From: the human T2T-CHM13v2.0 reference genome, Homo sapiens
NCBI RefSeq assembly: GCF_009914755.1
Contig: NC_060934.1
DNA: 64,000 nucleotides
Reading direction: 5' to 3' (one strand)
Positions 18,461 to 32,160 of the stretch are shown in pieces. Both the position numbers and the translations under genes were made by a program. The notes beneath the pieces are model-generated. The model saw only the letters and a list, made by a program, of their open reading frames with translations, was not told the origin of the DNA and made no database searches. Each line of letters opens with the position of its first letter. The first letter of the stretch is position 1.

Positions 18461-18959
18461 CTTGCTATTCATCTCTACTTTTTATTGAATCTCCACTATT
18501 TTAGTATGCAGCAGAGTGCTTTAAAAATATTTAGATCAAACCACAAAAGGCTGCTGCCCTCAAGAAGTATTCAGGTAAGTAGGAGGAAGGTAAAGCCAAT
18601 ATTTGTGACTTATTTCTATGCAACGGATGAGGCAGTTTGTGTGCCTTATGTTGTTTAACAGATGACATGAAGTCAGTGTTAGTATTTCCATTTATAAAAT
18701 AAGAACACTGAGATCTGGAGGGGTTAAACACATATTGAAAATTCATAGATGTATCAATGTTTGAGCTTCAGTTTCACTCCAGGGTGGCCTGCCTCCAGAA
18801 TCTATGTTCATTTTTACTACAATGTTTGTTTGTAATAACTGCAACACAGGATAGAAAAGAACACATAGAGAGATGAGATTTCAAACTAGAAACTATCCAG
18901 ATGCTGCCTTTGATTGAAACTCTTTTCCTGTGCCTAGCATAGAATCTACAATAAAATTG

Positions 18960-18990
18960 AATATATATATATATGTATATATATATATAT
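18960..18990. repeat. (AT)n microsatellite
   Basis: Read directly from the sequence. Confidence 0.95.
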
Positions 18991-20439
18991 GTGAAGAAAA
19001 TATACAGGGGAAGAAGTGCTTTGTGTCCAGAAAACAGATCAACTAAAATCATGCATTCCAGGGGCCATAGGCATGCAAGGCCCTGAAGATTAATAACTGA
19101 CCCTGAAGATTTCCTACCACGTTAATTCCCAGATACATAGAGTTTCTCTCACTTGAGGAAGTCTCCTCATGTATGCAAATGATGTGTATGAATAAAGAAA
19201 ATTACCCACCATGTTTGTGGACCACACAAATCATAATGGTGGGTCAGGCTCAGGTAGAAAGAACATACCCATAGGTCTGTGCAGGAGGGTGCCTGACACA
19301 GTTTAAAGAAGGGAAAGATACAGATTGGAAGGGGAGAGTAGGGGACATTTTACACATACAAAAGAGGACAGTTTAAATAAAATTATATAAGTAACAATGT
19401 ATGTGTCTCTTTACCTACAAAGAATTTGAACCAATTAGAGTTATAGTAGATTCTGCTCAATACCGCATTTTTTAAATAATTATATCCCATATTATTTTCT
19501 TGAATGGGTATATTACTCAGATTCCAGCTCTTTTGCCTCATAAGTTAGTTATTATCTGCCTTACTAATTTACTTTTGATGTTACACTTAGTTTTGCAGTT
19601 AAGAGATGTGGATTTTGAAATAAACTTAAACATTTAAACAAAATTATGTGAGATCACAACCTTGTTCTCAATTTGTCTCTCCAGTCATTCTTAACTTCTT
19701 TTTATCTCCAAAACCTTGAATCTCTCTCATAGCACAATGTCTTTATGCATGACTTTGTCTCTCAATGGCATGTTTTATCTACTTTTTTTCCTCGCTAAGT
19801 CACTGAGACCTTCATGCTGGAAAGCGTCTATGATTCTCTGGAGTGAGGCTGTCTTAGATGCTGCTTGTCTGTGCTCCTCCTGGGTATGTATATATGTGTG
19901 CATGCTACACTCATTGGTTTCTCTGCCTCAGACTATTTTCAGATGGAGTGCTTCTATACAGTGACCCATGCTTTACCATCCCTTAAGAAGAATAATTTTT
20001 CTAATAGTTTCAAATAAGATATTTTTGAAGAGAAAGGTGTGCGTGTGTGTGTGTGTAGAGGGCCCCACGGGGACATTTATTTGCTTTTATTAAGGAAAGA
20101 GAAAGGCCAAGCAATTAAAGGTGATTGGATACATTGATTGCCAAAAACCTTGGAAATATAAAACTTGACAACCCTTCTATCTACCCTAAGGTGGATATAA
20201 ACATCCACCACCAAAGAATAGGGCTGCCCTCCTGCACAGAGCAGAGAATTTGGTTGTGTTTGTTTCTGGTGTGTGTGTGTGTGTTTTCTTTGGTTTGGTT
20301 TGGTTGGTTTGGTAAGGAAAGGGATCTTTACTGAAGTATTAGGGGTTGGGAGAAAATAAATTAAATCTTACGCTTCTTTTTGATGGATAAGGCAGCTCCA
20401 AGAAAAGAACTAGTCCTTCCCGAACCACTGTGTCCTAGA

Positions 20440-20625
20440 AATTGTGCCAGAAACGTCATGCATATTATCTCATTTAATGATCTCTACAACCCTGGGCTCT
20501 CACCGTCTCAATTTTATGGATGAGTAAACAATCTTACAAAGACTATACAACTTGCTAGAGTCACCCAGTTGGTTAAAAGTGGTCACAGGATTTAAACCTT
20601 GGTCTCTGGCACTCCAAAGCCCTTG
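20440..20625 (-). mobile_element. MIR
   Basis: catattatctcatttaat...attttatggatgagtaaac...ggatttaaaccttggtctctggcactccaaagccc. Confidence 0.75.
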
Positions 20626-21809
20626 CTTACTAGAACATGGGGGTTACTATCTTTGTCTTCTACTTCAGTTACAGTTAAAGTTATACTTAGAAATTTTGGA
20701 TGTTTTTATTTGGTACTTAGGCCTCATTCTCTTTTCTGCCAGTTAGTCATAAGACATCTTCTTTTTAAAAACATTGTGCAGAAATGACTTAGTTTCTGGC
20801 AATAGAGCCTTATTCCCAGGAGTCACATTATCTTTCAGGTGAAGCAGCAGAACAAATTACTGGAATTAAGGAGCACAGTTCTTACCTTTCCAAAGAGGAT
20901 GCATATTAGAAATGATGGAAGTAGCCAGACACTACGCTATCACTAACAGTAACATATGAATTTGAAGAATTATTTTTGTGATCTGTTGCCTATTTGTGTG
21001 AATTACTGACTAGTATGTGAATTCTCTAGCAAATAGAGTAAGGATAAACATAGTGAGGTTTGACCTCACAGGGCAAAAACAGAAATGGTGATTTAAAGTT
21101 CTAATAAAAATAAATCAACTTGAGCTAGATTCTCAAGAGAAAATTTATGTGAGTGAGTGGAGACATAGCTGATGGAAGATCTCCTCCTCCTGGCTCCTAT
21201 TCTAATTTCCATTTCTGATTTTGGCCCTTAGACTAACATAAAAAACTGGCAAAAGAGAAATGAAATTATACATTATAATTATATAGACAAATGACATTTA
21301 CAAAACAGGTAAACACCTGCAGTGAAACTGTGTTTGAAATTATCTAATAAGAAAGAGAAATAAATAGAGCACTCCCCTATTTCCAGATCCCCTCTATACC
21401 AACATGATAGCACAGTTTATTGGATGGTTCCATTATCAGAAATGAACATGGGCCTTCAATGTCTTGCCTACTTGTTTTTGTGTTCTCAAAAAGGTAATCT
21501 TCTAAATGTGATTATGAAAAATAATTGCAACAACAATTGTCCCTTGGTGTGTGTAAATTCAGTTTTATCTGCCATTGAACCTACCAGTCACTGTTTAAGA
21601 ATATCAACAGCAGCTACCAAATAGAATCATTGCAGAGATTAAATGAGACAGTGTAGGCAAAATGCAAAGTCAGTATTTGAATATGTTAGTATCAGTACTC
21701 AGGAGTCTGAAAGAGCAGTTTATGAACTGGTAACTGTCCCTACCTGGCTATTTTACATCTTTATCTCAATTAGTGACATTATAGAACAGCAAAGGATTTA
21801 GGGATGTTT

Positions 21810-21965
21810 TGTAACCAAGAACAATTACTTCATTTCTTCAAGCCTGTTTCCTCACTTATAAAGCACCTGGTTCCTAAGGCTGCTCTGAAGATTTTTTAAA
21901 AAGATAATGCATATAAACAACTCAGAACAGTACCTGTTTATAAATGCTTAATAAATGTTAAGCAC
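21810..21965 (+). mobile_element. MIR
   Basis: agcctgtttcctcacttataaa...gataatgcatataaac...tgcttaataaatgtta. Confidence 0.7.
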
Positions 21966-23306
21966 TGTTACCAAGACTGAGGATTTTCAAAGGCATCCGA
22001 ACAAATTCCCTTAAGTATGTCATCAGCTGTAGTCCCTGTGATTTAAGACTAGCCTGGTTGCAAGTTCCAGATCCCTCGCATTAGGCTCCATGACATATGA
22101 GATCTACAACAGGTTTTCAAATCATGTTTGTCCTTAGACATATTTTTAAAGAGGCAGGGTTGGAAAATGGACAGCACAGCCAATGCCACCATTCTTTTTC
22201 ATGTTCATGGCATCATCAACACTCTTTATGAGCCTGGCCCACATCTTAGATCCCTACTCAGCACATAGAGTACCCTGATGTGAGCAAATGAGAGGAAGCC
22301 AATGATACTACTCCCATGGAAACTCATTCTGATGCTATTCTTCTGAATCACAGACCAGGGAGGGAGGTAAATTTTGTAAGAGAAATGGAGTGAAGATAGG
22401 CAGGAAAATAAGCACAACAACAACAAAAAAAATGGCTAATATTTCTTCAAGCATCTTCTAAGTCCTTTTCATCAGGAATAGAGATATATTCAGATTCTAG
22501 TGCCTGGTTCAACATAACTGAAGGGTTCCTTTGTGCAACTGGGGAGAGAAAAAGGAATAACAAGGAGAATGCCAGCTTGCACTTTAACGTGCAGCTAACA
22601 GTGCCCTTTATCAAGCTCCTTCCCTTTATATTCTACTGGCCCCTTTATTATCCTACATAACAAGTCGTTCCATGGAGTCACCTTCCTCATGTCTGCACCC
22701 CTCCGGACTCTCCGTCTAAACCAGGCCAGTCTGAAGCTTTCCTTGAGATCCAGTCTGCGCATGTTTTTATAGTGTCTGTAGCTCCCTTCAAATTACTCTA
22801 CATTTCTGAGGAGACTTGAGGGAAGAGCTGCCTCTTTTAAAAGGATACTAATACTGTTCTTCCAATCTCCTCCTCATGTGCGTAATTTCCATTATATTTC
22901 TGGGACAAGAAACTTATGTAGACGTTCTGGGGTTAATCCTAGCCTACTGTTATTAGGAAGCTTATTTATGTTTTTGATGTCTGCTGAGGCCCTTATTTTA
23001 TCACTGCCTTTTCAGCACACAGAATCGTTCAGGATGATAAAGGATCGTTCTAATTATAAACGCACATCTATCCCTCTTTCACCTATTACTTCAATTTTAG
23101 TAGAATATGGTACAGCTGTGAGAAATCAGAGCTTCATAGCAAAGTCTACTTTCACTTAAGATGGGATGCCAAGCAAATCTCTGCTTGCTTTCTCTTTATA
23201 CGTGGAATAAAGAAAGAAAACTGTGTCATTTACTGGATACATAACAACATAAATATAATAATATTCCCTTAAGAAAATAACTTGCAGGTTACCTATCAAT
23301 CAATAA

Positions 23307-23655
<349 letters not shown>

Positions 23656-25040
23656 ACCTCCTCTCTCACTTTCCTTCTCGCTCCTGCTCTCCCTCTTGCC
23701 CTTGCTCTTCCTCCCTTTCCCTTTCATAGAAATAACAGGAGGGGAGAGAGAGACACACACAGAGAGAAGTCAAAGGCAGACTGATGGCTGACTGATGAAG
23801 GGATAGGAGAGATGAGAGCATGTAGACAATAGAAGCAGGGTCTATCCTAAAAGCAGCAGTTGGTGAAACAACTCATAAGATAAATTATATCACAACCAGT
23901 TAAATAAATAATGACTGGTTATTGAAAAATATGCTTCTTACAGTATCTACAAAACTGTAATTTTTAAAATAAAATAAAATGAAAAAATACTGGTCTTAGA
24001 TGTTAAATACTAAATATTAGCCTTTTCCTACTTTGTCTTTTACCTGACAATTTCAAAATGTAATCAGCTAGGCTAGAGTTTTGCAGGGTCTCATTAATGG
24101 AGACAAAAAATATTTCACTGAGTGAGTAATTAAAATCAAAGGAGCTTCTTCTCTATACATGTGATAAAATTAGGGTAATTCCTTCTCAATAATTCCCTCA
24201 GACCTCTCCTGGAGAGTTCCTACTCTTCAATCCTTTTGTGTCCCTTCCATTCCTTTAATTAGCCAATCTTAACCTTGTTACCAGCGACTAGACAAAGTCT
24301 AATTCAAACTATTTGTAAATTTACAAAAATCAAATAAAAGTAAATCTAAAGCATATCTCTGGAGACATGGAGTTTCTGTCTGTCTCTGAATCTTACCCTT
24401 CTGGTGGTATCAAGCTCAGTCCCAGGAACTTCAGCCCTGAACTGACCTTAAAATTTATGATCCCACACAAGAAAAGCCTATTTCAATTTCTCCAAAAAGG
24501 TCTCTACATTTCTCCCATGATAAATTCTTTCGTTCCAATCCCATTCTCCTAGCATTATTTTATGATATATATAACTCTGATAGGAAAAGTTACCATGTTG
24601 TTGGCTGTTTTCCCCACATTATTGCCCTTTCTTATGCTGTTTTGTTGTTGTTGTTGTTGTTTTATTTATTTGTTTGTTTGCCAGGAAAACTGTCTATGCC
24701 CTGCGAGGCTTCTTATAACAGATCCATGTCTCTGCATAATTTCATACAACAGTCTATATCACCCAACTTTGTATTTAATAATAGGCCATCTCATGTTATT
24801 TACTAACATTGTATGGGAGAGCGTCTTTGTTTTCCTACCAGATAGTAAACCCATCCACTCCCTCCATCCTCCTACTCAGCTTATGCATGCAATACAATGC
24901 ACACTGATTACGTATGTGGACACTTAAGGATTACAAACATTTTGTGTGTGTTGCCTAGCATATTAGCTGGAGGAAAAAGTAAGGTAATACTTCTAATAAC
25001 TTATTAAGAGTAGGTATGTGTATATGAAATTTAATATTAA

Positions 25041-25965
25041 AATGTTCAACATGGTTACTCAGCAATAAAACACAAATTAAAATCATAATGAAATATTACC
25101 TCATGCCTGCTAGGGTGGCTATTATCAAAAAGATAAACAATAACAAGTGTTGATGTGGATATAGAGAAAAGAGATCCCTTGTACACTGTTGGTGGAAATG
25201 TAAGTTAATAGTCATTATGAAGAATGGTATGGAAGCTCCTCTGAAACCTAGAACAGAACTTCCATATGATCTAGCAATCCCACTTCTGGGTATACACTCA
25301 ACAGAAATGAAACCAGTATATCGAAGAGATATCTGCACCTCATATTCATTGCAGAATTATGCACAATAGTCAAGATATGAAATCAACCTAAGCATCTATT
25401 AACAAATAAATGGATAAAGACAATTATTACACACACACACACACACACACACACTCAGGATTATTACTCAGCCTTAAAAAAGAAAGAAATTTTGTTATTT
25501 GTGACAACATGGATGAACCTGGAGGATATTATGCTTAGTGAAATATGCCAGGCATACAACGATAAATACCACATAATCTCACTATATGTGGAATCTGAAA
25601 AAGCTGAATTTATAGAAGTGGAGTGGAGAACGGTGGTTGCTGAAGGCTGGGAGAGGTGAAGGTAGAGAATGGAAAGATGTTGACCAAAAGCTACAAAATT
25701 TCAGTTAAACAGAAGGAATACATTTTCAAGATCTGTTGCACAGTATGGTCACCATAGTTCATAATAATATATTGCATATTTCAAAATTGCTAAAACAATA
25801 GATTTTAAATGTTCTCGGTATAAAAAAAGATAAGTATTTGAGGTGATGGGTATGTTAATTTGCTTGATATAATCATTCAACAGTGTATACCTACATCAAA
25901 ACATCCCCTTATATATCCCATAAACATACACAATCATTATTTTTTCAATTAAAAATAAAAACTTA
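25041..25965 (+). mobile_element. L1MA-type 3' end
   Basis: cccttgtacactgttggtggaaatgtaa...acaacatggatgaacctggaggatattatgc...gaggtgatgggtatgttaatt...aattaaaaataaaa. Contains (CA)n at 25429-25454. Confidence 0.9.
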
Positions 25966-27610
25966 AAAAACTCCCTAAAATGTATGTATGTATATCTATA
26001 TACATACACACACATACACATACACACATATACATGTCTCGTATACATATATATGTGTAAAGTTTCCTGTGGATACACTTGATATCTGTTGTCTTTTTCT
26101 CCTACCTAAGGCTTGTAATGCCAGAGGTGTCATACAACAGGCACTCAACGGGTACGTATGACTGTTGCATTATCACAGAGTTTCTGTATTTTTGTTTTTG
26201 TCATTTTCCTCATAAGTACATGTTATGTAGAATGACTGTCAACATAAACATACCCTTTCAGAATTGAGCTTTCTACCTTAAACTTACTGAAATTTAAAGG
26301 TTTTATTTATTTTAGCATGTATAGCTCAAAGTTATAGAGAAATGTATGAAAACACATTGTATAAATACATGCAAGCTGTAGAGCACATGCTGTTTCTCTC
26401 CTGCAAGCACCCCTCTGAAATTTTTATGTCAGCAACAAGAAGCAATTTGGGAAGAGGAAAGGGAATGAAAATTTCAGAATGTGACATCTGCCCCCCTCCC
26501 CTCCTAAAAATATACCTTACCAAGGGACAACTCTTCTTTATATAATAATTGTAGCTAACATATAGTGAACAAATGTTTAAATGAGAAAAAAGAACGACCT
26601 TTAGAAAGCCATCAATGTAATAATTCACTAAGAAAAGAATCAGAGGTTATTGCCAAAACACTGGGAGACAGGAGTTGGGAAATATGATATTTACACTGGC
26701 TCAGAGATTACTACTGATGACAAAGCAGGGAAGCATATTTACAAAGAAATCCAGGGACCATCTTAGCTGAATGATCAATGTTTCGTCATCAACAGCAGAG
26801 TACATGGACCTTTCTCTTGCTGGGAAGCAATGGGAAGAACAGAGCGACACCCTGAGGAATAGCCTTGCTCTGACTCTTACCTGGATCTGATAATGGGGTA
26901 AAATTAGACAAACCAAGATTGAAGCCCATTCTATAAGATACTTGGCCTTTACCATTTAAAAATTTCAATATCATGAATGAAAAAGAAAGATGACAAATCT
27001 ACTCCAGAGCACAGAGATTAACAAGCCATCATATAACTAAGATGCAAAACAGGTAGTTTACCTTCCTGAGCAAAAACTGAATGTCTCTGTGCCTGGGGAA
27101 TGATGGGAGAAAACACATGCCCTATGCAGCTGCAGCACTGAAAGAAAAATCAGATACCTGATGTTTTATCAAAGAGATCTGGGTTGGGAATGGAGTGGTT
27201 ATCTCAGGGACTCTGCTCTCTGTTCTCTAGACACACCTGCCTCTTTCCAGAACACAGCTGGCATGCACCTACCTCAGATCTCTTTCTTTTCCTCTGGACT
27301 ATTCTTCAGGTAGGTATGAATCTCTCTTACCTCCTTTAGCCCTTTGCCCAAATCACTTTCTCTGACTACCCTATTACATCTGTACCCTGTCTTCATCCTC
27401 TATGAGCATTCTTTGTTTGATTTTTCTCCAGCATACTTTTTTCGCTAATATACTATATATTTTACTTCCTCATATTTATTTTTGTCTCCCTATGCCCAGA
27501 AAGCAAACACCGTGATGACAGGGCATTTTGTCTTTTTACTACTTTTCAGTGCTTACTATATGCCAGCATCATCTTGTATGTGACATTCCCTGCCTACGTG
27601 GAATGTGTAC

Positions 27611-27818
27611 TGACCCTCTCACTCTACGTTCAGTGCTGCATCACCTTTAATCTATAATGGCATACTTGAGACAGAAAAATGCATGATGCCACAATGACAC
27701 AAGAGTTCCGATGTCATGAATCGGTGGTGAAGGCCCAGTCCCATCAAGAGTTTATGAGAGGAGAGAGGATTCCCTTGTACAATTGGTGAGTGCAGGGTGG
27801 ACACTAAGTGCTCTCTTT
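27611..27818. repeat. Unclassified ~205-bp direct repeat, copy 1
   Basis: Aligns end to end with 28508-28712 (~77% identity by hand count). Confidence 0.9.
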
Positions 27819-28507
27819 CAGTCTCCTGGTCTGCGTGAATGTTCACAACCCCAGAAAGAATTCCAAAAGAGCAAATATGACCTTAGAAACTTCTCTAGCT
27901 CATGGTGGCCACAGAAATTGTCATAATTCTTCCAAGGCAGGCAAATTCAGTCTTCACAACAGAAGTGTTACTTTCTCCTGCCTGACTGATTATGCTGAAT
28001 GTAGGCACACACACAAAAATGCCAGAAACTAAAAATATAGGCCAAACCATTAAAAGTGAACAGTATAATTATTTTTCTAGAAGTATTTGCATGGGGGACA
28101 TGTGGTCTTCTTGATATATAATATTTATGGAAGATCTTGCTGAAAAACAGAGAGAAAACCAAGATTAGATGTCAAAGTATCTTCCGAATCTATCTTCTTG
28201 CTGTAGCTACAAGATGAGATGAAAGAGCCCAGTCAATTCTATAAGACTCAGGCAAGGCTGACTGTTCACCCATGCATGGTTCCTGCTCTAGATGCTAGAT
28301 CTGCTTTACGTTTGAAATTATACTGTAGACATCTTTGTCAATAAGTCATGCATTCTGAGAACTCTTTCCCTGGGGGAACTCCTTTTGTCTGGAGCCAAAT
28401 ATGCTTTCTTCCTCCATTTCTCTCAGAAAAAAGAAGTCACTTTCCCTTAAAAAATGACTGGTAAGGATTTAGTCTGAAACTTTAAAGTTTACTTGCCCCA
28501 TAAGAAT

Positions 28508-28712
28508 TGAGCCTCTCACTGCACACTCAGCACTGCATCACACTTAATCTCTAATAACGTATCTGAGACAGAATTAATGCATAATGCCATGATGACAGGA
28601 TAGTTCTGATGCCATGAATCAATGGTGAAGGCCTGGTCCTATCAAGTTTGCAAAAGAGAGGATTCCCTTGTGCAGCTGGTGATCTGCAGAATGGACACTA
28701 AATACTCTCTTT
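28508..28712. repeat. Unclassified ~205-bp direct repeat, copy 2
   Basis: Shared blocks cctctcact, ctgcatcac, tgagacagaa, catgaatc, tggtgaaggcc, agagaggattcccttgt, tggacactaa, ctctcttt. Confidence 0.9.
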
Positions 28713-29326
28713 ACTCAAGCTAAAAGGACTGCAGAAGTTCTTGAAAAGATCAGTTTCCAAAACTGAATATTCTGCTACTTAGATGGAAAAGACTCCTGGA
28801 CAAATTCAACAGCCCATCCCCTTTCTCTTGCTTAGGTAAATCTAGCATCATGTATTCGTTCTCTTCTGTTAGTTCCATGATAAACTGGGCATTTAGAATG
28901 CCACTTCCTGTCCCTCTGTTTCTTATTATATATAGACTCCCTAGTACTTGACACAACACATCAGCAAGATTCTGATGACCTCTGGTGGTCTCCCTCACTG
29001 CTTGAATGCACACACACAGACTGTCAAGCAATGCTAATAAATATTGATTAAGCCAGTGTAGTCCCAAGAGTGATGGTCCCAGGAGAGGAGAGGAATTAAA
29101 AAGATCCCACAGACAGCACTCAGGGGAGACATCAGCGAACCTTAAAGAAACACCTCCTACAAATCACAGCTCTGAGGCAAACACCAAAACTAATGAAGTG
29201 TTTGTAAATAGATGTGTATTTGCTGGGAGAGCAGGGTAAATGAAGTGTGAGACAAAGCAGGAGGGCTTTGCATGTGGTTTTGAGGCAAAGGGCTGGGAAG
29301 GAGGAAAACACAACCTCACAATCTTC

Positions 29327-31545
29327 CTTTTCTTATTTTTCATAAATCAACAGATAATGTTGTATGTTTTTATCATGTACAACATCATATTTTAATGCAC
29401 TTATATGTCATGGAATGGTTCAGTCTAGCTAATTAACAAATACATTACCTTCCATAGTTATCATTTCTGTGGTAAGAGCACATAACATTTGCTCTACATT
29501 TTGCAAGAATACAATATATCATGATAAGCTTTAGTCATCCTGCTATAGAATAGATCTCTTGAAATTTATTTTTCATACGTAACTTTCATTACATATCCTT
29601 TGCCCAACATCACCCTTTTCTGTGTTAGCCATCCCAGCCTAAGTAGCAACCATCTTTCTCCTCTCTACTTCTATTTGGTCAACTTTTTTAGATTACATGT
29701 TTGAGGGAGATCATGCACTATTTGTCCTTCTGTGCCTGGCTTATTTAACTTAGCATAATGTCCTCCAGGTTCATCCATGTTGTCACAAATGGCAGGATTT
29801 TATCCTTTTTATGGCTGAGGAGTATTTCATTGTGCATACAGACCACATTTTCTTTACCAATTCACCTACCGATGCACATGTAGGTTGATTCCATATCTTG
29901 GCTATTGTGCATAGTGTTACAATAAATTCAGAAGTGCAGATATCTCTTCTACATTCTGATTTCAACTCCTTTGGATATATGCCCAGCAGTGAAATTGCTG
30001 AAACATATGGGTAGTTCTATTTTTAATTTTTTGAGGAACCACCATACTGTTCTTCATAATGGCTGTACTAATTTACATTCCCACCAGCAGTGTATATGCA
30101 TTCTCTTTTCTCCACATCCTCATCAGCACTTGTTATCTTTTGTCTTTTTTGTAATGGTCGTTCTAACTGGGGTGAGATGATATCTCATTGTGGTTTTGAT
30201 TTGCATTTCTCTGATGTGTTGAACATTTTTTCATATACTTCTTGGCCATTTGTTTGTCTTCTTTTGAGAAATGTCTATTCAGGGCTTTCCCACTTAAAAA
30301 ATTATGTTGTTTGTCATTGAGTCATTTGAGTTCTTTACATAATTTAGAAATTAACCCCTTGTCAGATGTATCGTTTATAAATATTTTCTCTAATTCTGTT
30401 GGTTGTCCTTTGGTTTTGTCGATTGTTTCCTTTTGCTGTGCAGAATCTTTTTAGTTTAACATAATCCCATTTGTCTATTTTTGCTTTTGTTACCTTTACT
30501 TTGGGGTCTTATCCAAAAAAAAAAAAAGCCTTCCCCAGACTTATGTCATTTCTGGTATGTTTTTTTCTATTAGTTATATAGTTTTGGATCTCACATTTAA
30601 GCATTTTAATTCATTTTGGGTTAGTTTTTGTACACGGTGAGAGATAAAGATCTAATTTCATTATTCTGTATGTGAATATCGAGTTTTCTTAATGTCATTT
30701 ATTGAAGAGACTCTTCTTTCTCACTCGTGTATTCTTGGCATATTTGTCAAAAATCAGCTCATAGTAAATGTGTGGATTTCTGGGCTCTCTCTTATATTCC
30801 ATTGGTCTATATTTGTCTATTTTTTACTCTTGGGCTATTTTGGTGACTATAGATTTGTATTATGAGGTCACATAGGGTGATAGCTCTAGTTTTGTTTTTT
30901 GTGCTCAAGATTTCTTTGACTGTTTGGGATCTTTTGTGGTTCGAATGCAGAGAAGCTTCTCGGCTTCACTCAGGAAAGAATTCAAGAGTGAGCTTGTGGA
31001 AGAAGAATGCAGCTTTATTGAGGCAGCGGCAATGTTACAGCTCTGTGACTGCTCCTTGCAGAGCAGGGCTACTCCATAGGCAGTCTGCCTATGGGCAGTT
31101 TGCAGTCATATTTATGCCCACTTTTAATAACATGCTAATTAAGGGGTGGGATATTCAGTAAAAGCTAGACAATGAGCTGTAAATTTCAGGTGTTGCTATG
31201 GCAAAAGAAACAATAACTTCAGAGCATTGCTATGTCATTTGTGAACTATGCTGGCAGGAGTGTCTTATGGTGATGGTCAGTGAGAGCAACTGGAGGTGCT
31301 TTCAGTGCCCCTTCCCAGTCTCAGCCTGCCTTCAATCTGATCTGGAAGAGTCCTGTCTGCCTCCTACCTCACTTCCCTACAAATTTTGGGATTGATTTTC
31401 TATTTTTGTGGAGAATGTCATTGGTATTTTGATAATAATTACATTGAAACTGTAGATCACTTTGGGTAGTATGGACATTTAAAATATTAATTCTTTCATT
31501 CTGTGAACATGGGATGTATTTCCATTTTTTGTGTCTTCTTTTTGC
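29327..31545 (-). mobile_element. 5'-truncated L1MA-type, split by an LTR
   Basis: Antisense L1 3' UTR and ORF2 end (tcctccaggttcatccatgttgtcacaaatggcagg). The L1 sequence resumes after 31371 (tacaaattttgggattg...gtagatcactttgggtagtatggac). Confidence 0.9.
30946..31371 (-). mobile_element. ERV1 (MER4-group, MER66-like) solo LTR
   Basis: TG...CA bounded. caggaaagaattcaag...cagctttattgaggcagc...gtgactgctccttgcagagcagggctac; ends cctcctacctca (TGAGGTAGGAGG on the minus strand). Confidence 0.75.
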
Positions 31546-31596
31546 AGAGGTTTCTGGCAACTAAAGTCTAGAGGATTAAAGCATAGATTGAATAAC

Positions 31597-32146
31597 TGTT
31601 CTGGTTTGACAAATATCCACCCCCTACTCACTACCTCCTTTTCTGGTAATATCTCCCTGGTTTTCTACTGCTAACAGCCCATCTCTCACTCTCAAATCAT
31701 GTTGAAATAGAGAGATAAGACAGTTAGATGTTGCCCCATCATCAGCTTCAAGAATTGACATATGATGCAGGAATAGCCAATCAGAGCATCACATCTGATT
31801 GGCGGAGGAGCAGACATGTGACCCAAGTCAAGACATCCTGAGTTCTTGGGATTCTTTCACAGACCTTTATTAGAACCACTGAGAAACAGTTAATCTATTT
31901 TGCTGGCTTAAGATGAATAAGATGTAAACTTTAAGTTGCAGAGGCCACTGTAAAATGGAAGCCAGCTTTATAATGAAGCCAAAACAGAATGCAGAGCAGA
32001 AAGACAGAGAGAAGCTGTTTCAATCATGACATCACTTGAGTTCAGCCTTGTCCTAAATTTTTTAATTTGATGAGTCAATAAATTTATTTTTTGCTTTAAC
32101 CAGTTTGCATTAGATTTCTGTAACTGAATATATCCATACTTCTAAC
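31597..32146 (+). mobile_element. Old MaLR LTR (MLT1J/K/L-like)
   Basis: gccaatcagagcatc, catgtgacccaag and gagtcaataaatt...tttgctttaaccagttt...tttctgt motifs. Confidence 0.7.
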
Positions 32147-32160
32147 AAGAATTTATAGAC

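Noticed and set aside
24562-24927. Longer non-L1 ORFs (also 44501-44875, 49806-50189, 28750-29067)
   Set aside because: Low-complexity or repeat-derived, no domain-like composition, and lengths expected by chance in 64 kb.
28588-28612. C/D-box-like motifs ATGATGA...CTGA in repeat copy 2
   Set aside because: The boxes are only ~10 nt apart, there is no terminal stem, and they are not preserved in copy 1; not a snoRNA.
27611-28712. CRISPR-like or intact LTR retrotransposon interpretation of the direct repeats
   Set aside because: Only two long diverged copies; no short repeat-spacer array, and no clear PBS, PPT, TSD or coding region.
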